Assembly (NCBI GenBank): GCA_964016885.1
Contig: OZ024752.1
Coordinates: forward strand, 6,014,001-6,078,000
Source of the DNA: Eledone cirrhosa
Taxonomy: Eukaryota
Reading direction: 5' to 3'
Length of the DNA: 64,000 nucleotides
This document shows positions 1-64,000 of the stretch, one piece after another. The notes under the pieces are model-generated. The model was not told where the DNA came from, made no database searches, and was given only the letters and a program-made list of their open reading frames with translations. Both the position numbers and the translations under genes were made by a program. Positions within the stretch are counted from its first letter, which is position 1; the number at the start of each line of letters is the position of its first letter.

Positions 1-1079
1 ATCAGTGGACTGTACCTGTAATTCAAACATCCAAGACTTTGTCACATTGTGCTACCCTGATTCTACCTAAGGGTACACGTGTCTGTGGAATAGCCAGCTA
101 TTTAAATTATAATACAAGATGTATTCTACCTGTAGTTAATATGTCTAGACTTGTCAACAAACTGCATCACAGTGATTCTCCCTGAGAAGTTGTATGTTAA
201 GAGTACATATATCTTTGGAATACGCAGCCATTTCCACCATTTAACATGTAGGACTTACCTGTGACTGAAATTGGATTAATAGAAACTGTGTGGAAGGCTT
301 CTAGATGGATTGTACCTGTAGATCAAGAGATCAGCTTGGTCACACAGTGTGTTATAACGAATCACCTTGAGAAGTTGTATGTATATATGTCTTAGGAATA
401 CTCAGCCACTTACACATTCCATTTAATAAGTATGATACTCAGTTGACTGAACGACTGAATGCTCATTGTTAGAACCAATAAAGGATCTGTTACATACATT
501 AAACTAAGACTTTCACCCATGGACCCCTCATTCATACATTGCCACCTAATTCATTTCTAGCATGTTCTATCTGGTTCTGCACCTACATTTTTGTATCATT
601 TTAGTCCAAGTTGTCACCCCCTGCCCCTTCATTTGCACCATTTTCCTTTTCCTCCATCAGTGTCGGTGTCAAGTTCAATGTAGTTTTTATATTAAACAAT
701 GGATATTTAACAGATATTGTTCATTATTATGACTGGATAAACCTGTTCATTTCTCTGTGTGTTTGTAACTGTGTCAGTGGATGGGTTATTTAATAAAACT
801 ACTTCTCAAATCTCTACCACATCTCACCTATTATTCCATAGTTAACTTTCTCTAATGAAAGACACTGTCTGTGGTTTTCAAATAATTTTGAAAATAATCA
901 AGAATTTGGAGAGAGATTTAGTAATATAACTTGGTTTCTCATTATTAAGATGGTTTTGGGTTTAGAACATATCAAAAGGTTCTTAGATAAAATTATGTTC
1001 AGTTCTAGTGATCTTGGTAGTCTACAAGGAAGACAGAACTCTATTGATAACAGAATATATATATATATATATATGTGTG

Positions 1080-1280
1080 TGTGGATTCCCGATGCATATC
1101 AGGAGGCGACCACAGTAAAAAGGGTACTCAATATGTTAGTAAAATATAGGCATATATATTTTATTATAGAAATGACTTCTACAGGACTAGAACTGTTTTA
1201 TTCATAAGAAATTGTCTGGATTTCCCAGATGATTTCTTATAAATGAAACAATTCTAGTCCTGTAGAAGTCATTTCTATAA
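1080..1280. mobile_element. Short TA-flanked element with a terminal palindrome (related copies at about 18985-19105 and 36403-36565), probably Penelope-derived
   Basis: Inverted arms tatagaaatgacttctacaggactagaa / ttctagtcctgtagaagtcatttctata; three similar copies in the window. Confidence 0.55.
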
Positions 1281-1286
1281 GATGTA

Positions 1287-1348
<62 letters not shown>

Positions 1349-1436
1349 AATTTATTCATTCATTTTCTTAGAACATACCAGCAATGTTGTAGCAAAAAAT
1401 AATTTGTTAGTTTGCTAAGCTTTTTTAGAGAAGCCC

Positions 1437-1491
<55 letters not shown>

Positions 1492-1846
1492 GTGCTTGGC
1501 AATCATATGAGAAAGTCTTTTGAAGTTGTTTTTGGCTAATTCTGCTAATATTTCTATACTCTACAAGCAAAAACTAGCTTATTGAGTCTATTGGCGTCCT
1601 GCTGCCCCCAATCTGGGGCTTTAATGTAGCTTCTGTAAGCTAAGCACCAATGTCTAAATGTTTTATGCTAGGCTTTATTCATTTGTTTCTTTGTTTTTTT
1701 GTCCTGCTGCTCCATAAAATAGATTTGTTCTTAACTCTATGTTGTGCCTTTTTCTTTCTTTTTAGTTACATTCATCATCATGTTGTTGTTATTGTTGTTG
1801 TTTAATGTTTATGATACAGCATATAAATTTTCTACATGGAGGTCAC

Positions 1847-2072
1847 ATGTAGGATTGTGACATGAATGTAGGATTGTCATATTAATGTAGGATTGTCACA
1901 TTAACGTAGTATTGTCGCATTAATGTAGTATTGACATTAATGTAGTATTATGACATTAATGTAGTATTGTGACATTAATGTAGTATTGTGACATTAATGT
2001 AGTATTGTGATATTAATGTAGTATTGTGACATTAATGTAGTATTGTGATATTAATGTAGTATTGTCACATGA
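1847..2072. repeat. 19-bp minisatellite (attaatgtagtattgtgac)
   Basis: Visible tandem units. Confidence 0.9.
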
Positions 2073-3012
2073 ATTATGTTATTTAAACACCTTAACCATT
2101 TTGAACCAAGTTTCTAATGAAATACTCTCTATTTCCATTAATTAATAATTTTCAGTGATTTGCTAAAATTATTATTTCATTATTAAAGTGATGATATATG
2201 GTCCTTATATTATGTTGGAAGATATTGAAATAGGAACCCTTTAAAATGGGGGGGGGGGGGGGTCCATAGAACCAGAGCCAAAAAGGTCAAAGTGGAACCT
2301 GGTTATTCTTTCTACTTGACTTTCTTTGCTAAATATTTAGTGTATATTAGCTGGAAACAAATAATTTGTGATGACCCTGGTGCCATGGATGACTGCTGAT
2401 CTTCCAAAGAAAAATGCCTTGCTTAGGCTTGTGCCAAGGAGAGGAACTTTCTTGGTGTAAACCCATGGACAGTCATAACCAAAGGGAGACTTGTCATTTT
2501 AATTAATTCATTTCATGACTATATTGAAGCTGAGAGGTTTAAATTTCAACCTGTTTTTGTGTCACCCAAATACTGTTTTAGTCTGTTTCAGTTTTAAACA
2601 GTTTTACCAGAATAAAATCATTGCTATATTTCTCATTAATTCAAGAATCGAACCTTTTTTCAGGATAAGACATTTCAAATTATTTTAAGAAAGTAATTTG
2701 CCAAGTTGTGTAAGACAAAATAACAGTTTTTGATCTGGCCCTGTGAGCTTTGAATTGAAATCCTGTTGATTTGGAGGCATTTAGTTAGATAACTCTCTTG
2801 TTATCGAGCCAATGTTTAGAACATAACATAACAAAGGTTCTCGCATAAAATTATGATGGAACAATTTCAGTTAAATATAAATACTTTAAAATAATCAGCT
2901 TATATCAAAGAAGTAGAATCAGTTTCTGGTGATTTGGGAATAAAGTTAACGAGTGTGGAAAATAACTGTCCCAAGTTTCACTATTTTTGTTAAATTGCAA
3001 ATATCTAAAACC

Positions 3013-3547
3013 TTTGGAATTCTATATGTGGCACCTAGAAATATTGGAATTTTTAACGTGGTACCTAGATATAGTGGAATTCTATATGTGGCACCTAGAA
3101 ATATTGGAATTTTTAACGTGGCACCTAGATATAGTGGAATTCTATATGTGGCACCTAGAAATATTGGAATTTTTAACGTGGCACCTAGAAATATTGGAAT
3201 TCTATATGTGGTACTTAGAAATATTGGAATTTTTAATGTGGTACCTCGAAATATTGGAATTTTTACTGTGGTACCTAGAAATATTGGAATTTTTACTGTG
3301 GTACCTAGAAATATTGGAATTCTTAATGTGGTACCTAAAAATATTGGAATTCTTAATGTGGTACCTAGAAGTTTTGGAATTTTTAATGTGGTACCTAGAA
3401 GTTTTGGAATTTTTAATGTGGTACCTAGAAGTTTTGGAATTTTTAATGTGGTACCTTGAAGTTTTGGAATTTTTAATGTGGTACCTTGAAGTTTTGGAAT
3501 TTTTAATGTGGTACCTAGAAGTTTTGGAATTTTTAATGTGGTACCTA
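3013..3547. repeat. 30-bp minisatellite, about 18 copies
   Basis: tggaatttttaatgtggtacctagaaatat units; explains the spurious repetitive ORFs. Confidence 0.95.
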
Positions 3548-3592
3548 TATGTTATTTCTCCAGTTGTTAAATCATTGTTTTGTTCCTGGCAG

Positions 3593-56272
<52,680 letters not shown>

Positions 56273-56955
56273 ATTATTGTGAAATTGTGCAATTATGTTA
56301 GAGTTGCTGCTGCTACTGCTGTTATGTGACCATCTTAACACCGAAAGACAATATTGATGGAAGCTAGACAGGAGGAGATTGTGGGCTGCAAGTTATGTGA
56401 CCCCAAACTGTTTGGTCAGGCGTGCTATATAGCTAGCTAGAAGACAAAGGGAGATAACTAATCACGTACTTCCTTTTGTTGTCTACACAGTGATAGCTAC
56501 CCCACTCTTCTCTACTTCTCATCTCCTGAACGTCAGTTGAACAAGATTTTATCTCTCTACATTTCACTGGTCAGGGATTGAAGTTGGTAACTTTTATACA
56601 CTTGAAGATAAAAATGAAATGAAATGAAAAATAATAGTAATAATAATAATAAACACAAAAGAAAGTTGAAGAAGAAGAAACGGAAAAAAAAACAATAAAC
56701 AAAAATCTCATAACATTTTCTCAGTCATGGTAACTTAATGTGTTCAGTTAAGTGTAAAAACAACTTGTTTACTGATCATGTTGTTTGTTGTATCACTGGT
56801 TGTCAGACACACTGATGGCTGGACAGATTGACACCAGTGGACATAAGTCACACACACATATACACACACATACACATACACATATATATACATTCAATCA
56901 TGCATTTACACACATTGTCACCATATCTTCTTTTCAGTATATATATACATATATT

Positions 56956-56992
<37 letters not shown>

Positions 56993-57756
56993 GTATGTAC
57001 ATATGTGTATATATATGTATGTGTATATATATGTATGTGTATATATATGTATGTGTGTATACATATATATGTATGTGTATACATATATATGTATGTGTAT
57101 ATATATATGTGTGTATACATATATATGTGTGTATATATATATATATGTGTGTATACATATATATGTATGTGTATATATATATATGTATGTGTATATATAT
57201 ATGTTTGTGTGTGTATATATTATATACACACTTTACTCTATTTAACTTCTCCAATATTTTTTAACGTGCTACTCTCTGCTACAGTTTCTGTTTTATGGCT
57301 AGAATACTGACATGTCTGCTACTACTATATTTGGGGTTCTCAAGTTGGGTGCTGGTAATCTTTGCTGCTCTTAAAAGCATGTCCCTGGCAGTGTTACAGG
57401 AGGACATTGGTATATTTATTGAATTCATAGTTCCATCCTCACAACCTTTCTTTTATAGAAAATATGGATTCTAATTGGCTGTAGTCAATCATGTGATCTC
57501 ATATTACACTGGCAGTATCCCATGATGGTGTTTTGTGGGATGATATTAGCTGTGGTTTTACCAAGTGTTGGTGTCGGATGTGGAGAAATATCTGATGATG
57601 GTGTCTTCTTGGATGATATTAGCTGTGGTTTTTACCCAGTGTTGATGTTGGATGTGGAGAAAGAGGAAAACGAATATAACACACCATCTTCTGTTCCTTT
57701 GTCATGTCTTTTCTGAAGGTTTGTGGTCCACATAAACCCCCAAGTATATATATTAG

Positions 57757-57818
<62 letters not shown>

Positions 57819-59320
57819 CTGAAAATCTCTGTCTCTTCCCTACCACTCTCTATCAGCTGTTCATGTCACAATCTGCCAGCCACATGTCAAATGTACACAC
57901 CCAGTTTCATATATGAATACATTCATACAAAGATACACAGATTGCTACATGTGCATTAAAGAGAGGCATTGCTAAACCTCTGTTTATCTTATGAGTGAGT
58001 CTCAGTGTGTGTGTGTGTGTGTACATGTGAATGTATCACCCCCTTCTCTTCTTCCTCTTCAGACACACCAAAGGTGGATATATCGAATCTGCTTATATAC
58101 ACCCTGTTTTGTAAACACCCGTCTCTAACTTCATAGAATGTATATATACACACTATATGTATGGCTATATACATATTTAGTATATTTATATTACATATAT
58201 ATATATATACATTTATAGATGTGTGTGTGTGTATTGAGTGGGACTCACCCGTGGAAAGTAAAACTGAGAGTGACAGCTACTCAATATAAATAATGGTTTC
58301 TGATTTAGGCACAAGGCCCAAAAACCCTTGGGGGGTGGGGCTCACTTAAATTGACTCCAGTCCGTTACTGGTACTTTATTTTACCCAACTCAATATATAT
58401 ATATATATTGTGTCCTCACATCAGATTCTGTAACTTAGAAACCTCAACACACAGATTTATGCAAAAAGGGGAATTTTGTGTACATAGAACATTGAAATAT
58501 TAACTGAATGAACACTTAGTACATATGATGTGAGTGTAAGGTGACCACTTAATGCATGTAGCTGAGTGTAAGGTGACCACTCAGTACATATGAGGTGAGT
58601 GTTAGATGACCACTCAATGCATGTGAGGTGACCACTCAGTACATGTGAAGTGAGCACTCAATATATGTAGCTTAGTGTAAGGTGACCACTCAATACATGT
58701 GAGTGTAAGATTTATTTTCTGAAGAAACTTGAACTTTTGGTCATCATGCCTCTGTGTGTATATATATATATGTGTATATATATATGTGTGTGTATATATA
58801 TACTCACACATGTAAATTACAAGTATATAATATATTTCTTTACATAACCCTACCACCAACATCAAAATAAATTGAATTAAAAAATGATAGACACACACAC
58901 ACACATATACATATATATACATTGCAAATATATAATGAAATATATGTTTATGACGTATATATATTATATAGACATGAAGGGTGTTTATATTCCAGGTGTG
59001 TTATGTGTGTAGATTACAAGTGTGTCTGTGTAAATGTACATTGTTAGCCAATATGTCCCACATTTTATATTGTTCATTCATGCCGAATAAAAACTGACAA
59101 AAACAACAGTTTGTTATATATTCATGCAGCATGTATTCTGTTGTGGTGGCCATTGTTGGATTGGTGAGGAGTGAACTACATTGCCTGTAAAAAGTCTGCA
59201 TTGTCACCAACAGTTGTCTCCCCCTAGTCAATCCACTGATATGAGAGTAAGTTCCCTTAGTTTATACGATCAGATTTATACGATTCATTCATATGCACAG
59301 CATTAATTATATATATATGA

Positions 59321-59370
<50 letters not shown>

Positions 59371-59550
59371 CTGTATACAATAAGAATGTTGAACTAAGAT
59401 AAATAACTCTAATATCAGTGGATTGCCAAGAGGAACAACTGTTGCCGACAATAGTATGGCCTGGCTCTTTAGATCGTGCTGTAGCATGGTCTGGCTCTTT
59501 AGATGGAGCCCCGTGGAACGGTCTGCATACTTGGAACATGGTTTTCTAAA

Positions 59551-59689
59551 TTTCGCGCATGCGCATTCAACTCCATCCAAACCAAGAAGAAAAAAAAATG
59601 GCCGTCAGTTTGTAGAATTTTTCCAGCTCTACAAAAACTCTTGCTAAATGGTTTAAAAAGACACACTTGCAGTTTTCTGAAAGGTAACG
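59551..59689 (+). promoter_or_regulatory. Putative promoter and first non-coding exon of a downstream gene
   Basis: NRF1 palindrome GCGCATGCGC at 59555-59564, YY1-like AAAATGGCCG at 59595-59604, donor AAG|gtaacg at 59684. Confidence 0.45.
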
Positions 59690-60130
59690 TAGATTTTTAG
59701 ATTATGTTGAGATATTTTGGTAAATCTTTCCTCCTTAGTTCCCTTCATAATCAACCATTTTAACAGTTTATCTCTTCTTACCGTATTTCTAATGAAATAC
59801 ACTGACCACGTGTTCCAATTCATGTTGAAAATAAACAATAAAATGTAGGGATTTAATAATAAAATTCAACATGTTTCTTTTTATTCCCAAAAAATATATT
59901 TAGTGTTATTAAAAAAAACAAAAAATCTCTCCCTAGTTTTCCCTGTAGCAGCTCAGTTGTCTTAAATATTTTCGGTGGATTTAAATGCTTCTTTCCAGAT
60001 TGAGATCAAAGACCGTAAATTGTTGATTCAATTCGTCAACAGTGTGTGTTCATATGAGGTTTTTTCTGGTGTTTTAACAAAAGGGTCCACAGTCCAATTA
60101 CCTGATCCCCGCCCCCTACACACACACACA

Positions 60131-61013
60131 TATAAATAGAGTCGTCGAAATTAATCACCGACTTACGGGCATTGAGGATGACATCAACTTCGAAATCCTT
60201 AACCATTGTGAGTGTTTTAGCGAAATTGATAGCTCTAAGGAGAAGTGGTAAAGTGATGGAGGAGTAGTAATTGTTGATGTCGAATTGGATAAAACGGCAA
60301 TGTTCCTTGTTACATATGCCGTTGAACCAATCAATCACCGCGAAAGAATTGTTCCACAGTGCAAGAGGGGCCAAACTTCTAATTTCAGGTATAATTCTAT
60401 CAAGAATCCTTTTACTAAGTCTACCTAAATCGGACTTCGTAGGATTAATAAGCCTAATAGAGGGGTTGTTCGGAAAATTGGATTTGTGATCCTTCAGGGT
60501 AAAGTGGGGAGAGATAGGGTCCAGAGGTTCAGTCCGGTCCAGGATGTTGATTTCATTAATGGCGCTCCGATTAGTTTTACGGTAATCCTTAGTTACAGCA
60601 TTATGTAGTAGTTGATGGTAAGTACTGTGCTCCACTTGATATAGGTTGCCCGTTTTGTCGGAATGGACGTGCACGGCATTAGAATCCTTAATAGAACGAA
60701 TTCTATTCTTCAGGTCCTGCTGGAAGGAATTGCTCCTATTCCGAAATTTGATACTCTGTATGAGTTCCAAGACATCATTTTCGAAGGGTAGCAATGCCGG
60801 GTTACTCGGAGGGTTATTATAGGTTTTAAACCCAAATTTATCCCGTTTGTTGTCTGCTTTTCCCTGATTATCGAAATAAAAGGCACGCCAACGCAACCTT
60901 TTAATGAACGCGTCTGTTTTCTGTACATTTTCCTGCTTGGTACGGGTATGTTCTTTGTAGAAATATTCAGGTGTTGTTTCTGCATGATGAATATAAGTCA
61001 ATAGAGTGCTCAA
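60131..61013 (-). mobile_element. Penelope-like element reverse transcriptase, N-terminal/core fragment
   Basis: KRLRWRAFYF, SDKTGNLY (DKG-like), TLKDHK, RLINP and FDINNYYSSI motifs; truncated before the catalytic DD. Confidence 0.8.
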
Positions 61014-61173
61014 CCGAGGGAGCCAAATAGTAATAATAATAAATTTGAAGACTAAAATCCAAAGAGGGCTCGATAAGGATAAATATATATCAAATATAAT
61101 ATATAAGAACCGTAGAGCAAATATTTATTAAAATAACAGATTAAAGTTTAAGCAAAGTAGACTGTTAGGGTGA

Positions 61174-61362
61174 GGCGGTGAATTGGCAGTAGCGGTAGAG
61201 GGTCGGACGCCATGCTTTCCAGCATAGTTACGTCCCTTTACGGTCTGAGTTCAAATCCCGTCGAGGTTAACTTTGCCTTTCATCCTTACGGGGTCGATAA
61301 AATAAAGTACCAGCAATGTACTGGGTAATTGCTGGCCTTGTGCCAAAAAGTAGAAACAATTA
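61174..61362 (+). mobile_element. tRNA-derived SINE
   Basis: A and B boxes; close to the 28028 copy. Confidence 0.85.
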
Positions 61363-61772
61363 TTTCTAAACAATATCCTTACTTGTTTATACTGGTAATA
61401 TCCTGATCTCTCTCTCTCATATGTATATGTGTGTGTGTATGTTAGGTCGCTCTTCGGCGATACTGGTAACATGTAACCTAACACGACCTGTGCATGAGGT
61501 CGTCGGCGACCTAACCAATTGTTTTAACTATAGGGTCCACAGTCCAATTACTCGAGAACCCCGCCCCCTACACAGATGTTAGGTAAGTGTGTAATTACAG
61601 TTAGAGGCGGTGTGGGTGTGTTTTTGAACATATAAACTCTCATATTGATGTGATATTGGGCCCCGGTCATTATGATTGGACACGGAGCTGATTGTAATAT
61701 ACCAATAAAGTTTATATATACGTTGCAATTGACTTCGATACTGCTTATATATATATATATATATATATATAT

Positions 61773-61971
61773 AACGAAGGTAATGTGGTAAGGAACCAGG
61801 TGGACCATAACGCACCAAAGTACTCAATACTTAGGGTAGTAGAGTGGGTAATAGGAACGAGTAGGACCCCGACGGCTGAGCTCAAGCCGTTTCGGCGGCT
61901 AATTCTGGACGGTCCAGAATTAGCCGTCGAAACGGCTTGAGCTCAGCCGTCGGGGTCCTACTCGTTCCTAT
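61773..61971. mobile_element. TA-embedded hairpin element, copy 2
   Basis: Homologous to 18338-18534; about 60-bp inverted arms. Confidence 0.65.
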
Positions 61972-63124
61972 ATATATATATATATATATAGGCATAATTA
62001 CGTCTTGAAAAAGATCCCTCACATTTATTCACGTTCGGATGGACATAGCCTTCACCAGAAGGTATTGATGTCACCCAGCGATGTCCTACGTTCATTAGTT
62101 GTCTTGACTCTCAGCTGTATCACTCTCTCGTTGGTGGGTCAGCAATGGTGCCCATGGCTACCAGCTTATCTCGTCTCTCCTGTTCCAAAGCCAACATGAG
62201 GCATTTTCTGCTGTCTCCCCACCCTGTGAACTACAGCCTTCTCTCTACCTGTCATTCCAATGGTATTCTCCATACTGAGTGAGCCGAGAATATCCTGTAG
62301 CCCATCTCCACTGGAGATAGCCATACCTGCCATTCTGTCTCTCTACACAAGTTCTAGATATTTGGCACTCTTTCGCTCAAATTTGTAGAAGGCATCTCTC
62401 CCTCTTTCACAAACCTGATACTATTTGTTTCCTCCGTGTTAGGTGGTCCCTGCCTCTCTCTTGGTCCAGAGTGTTGGCCAGCACCATGAACACTTTATTG
62501 TGGCACTCTGATAAAATGGTTGTCATATTGGGAAGCGTGTGGCAAGAATTTTTGGCTTGCGATCATAATGTCGTGGGTTTGATTCCTGGGCTGGGTTGTA
62601 TGTTGTGTTCTTGAGCAAAACACTTCATTTCACGTTGTTCCAGTATACTCAGCTGAAAATGAGTACCAGTAATAGCTTGGGGTTTAACTCTGCAATGGGG
62701 GGTAAATTTATTTCACTTTTTGAAGCAGTTTCACCCTCGCTATGTTCGTTCTATATGCACCACATATAAGGTTTGTTAGGTGTTTTAACGAAATGGTCCG
62801 AATTACTCTCCAACACGACCCTTCAACACATCGACAACTATCAGTGTTCGGAGGGGTAGTTTCATACCATTTTCAGGGATGCTATCTGGGCTGTCCTTAA
62901 GAAATTGTGTGTTTTTTCCACCGGAAGATGCTATTTGCTTTGCATTTCTCCGCTATGCTGGAAATAACCTTTGAGAATTTCAAAGATGGAGTGAGGCACT
63001 CTCGTGTTCAGGCTGGCATCCTATCCAGGGGAAGTTTCTTGTTATCGTATTTCTAATCAAATACACAGACCACATGTTCCAATTCATGTTGAAAATAAGC
63101 AATAAAATGTAGGGATTTAATAAT

Positions 63125-63312
63125 TGTTTCTACTTTTGGGGGCACAAGGCCAGCAATTACCCAGTGCATTACTGGTATTTTATTTTATCGACCCCGTAAG
63201 GATGAAAGGCAAAGTCAACCTCGGCGGGATTTGAACTCAGATCGTAAAGGGACGTAACTATGCTGGAAAGCATGGCGTCCGCCCCTCTACCGATACTGCC
63301 AATCCACCGCCT
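63125..63312 (-). mobile_element. tRNA-derived SINE with a 17-bp target-site duplication
   Basis: TSD tgtagggatttaataat at 63108-63124 and 63315-63331. Confidence 0.9.
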
Positions 63313-64000
63313 TCTGTAGGGATTTAATAATAAAATTCAACATGTTTCTTTTTATTCACAAATATATTTAGTGCATTTTTTTTAACTCTCCCCTCTTTTC
63401 CCTGTAACAACTCTGTTGTCTTTAGCAAATATTTTCGGTGGATTTAAATGCTTCTTTCCAGATTGAGATCAAAGACCGTAAATTGTTGATTCTATTCTTC
63501 AGCAGTGCTAAATATTTTTTTAACGATAGGATCCACAGTTCACTTACTCGATCCTCGCACACATATATGATAGGTAAGTCCTTAATTATAGTTACAGGCA
63601 AAATAATTGTGTTTTTGCTCATATAAACTCACATATCTGATGGGATGTTGGGCCCCTGATATACAGTATATTGTGGTTACTACTACATCTAAGTTTGGGT
63701 CTGTCTTTTAACATCCCAGATATATAGTATATTGTAATAGCTACCCCTCCATACGGCTCACAGTTACATCTAAGTATGGGTCTGTCTTTTAACGGCCTTG
63801 TTATAAAGTATATTGTGTTAGCTACACGCAGTTACATCTAATATAATGTTGCGTCTGAGACACGATCACTCGGCCCAACTTGCCTCTAAAGGCAGAAACA
63901 TGGAAGATAGACGTTAAACGATGATGATGATATATATAGGCATAATTATGTCCTTCGGTGGATATAGCCTTGGCCAGAAGGTGCTGATGTCACCCAGCCG

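Noticed and set aside
2953-3547. Long repetitive ORFs (LRR-like or Trp-rich)
   Set aside because: Translations of a 30-bp minisatellite, open in several frames

Overview
AT-rich, repeat-dense eukaryotic DNA. The SINE/RTE families and microsatellite load suggest an octopus or other coleoid cephalopod (inferred). The + strand carries the 3' half of an Sbf/SBF1-SBF2 (MTMR5/MTMR13) myotubularin pseudophosphatase gene: about 16 exons from 3593 to a stop at 56272, encoding the inactive phosphatase domain (CLEDGWDVT), a C1 zinc finger and a PH domain. One exon start lies in a 200-N gap. Introns hold many minisatellites, tRNA-derived SINEs, RTE and CR1-type LINE fragments, TTAA MITEs and Penelope-like remnants, several with hammerhead ribozyme cores inside palindromes. 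The most unusual observations are: (1) tandem arrays that amplify splice signals (13 copies of a 3' splice site, 21 copies of a 5' splice site/21-nt microexon unit, about 30 copies of TACTAAC+GTAAGT); (2) candidate frame-preserving microexons in a 31-kb interval; (3) palindromic hammerhead elements; (4) a likely NRF1/YY1 promoter downstream.
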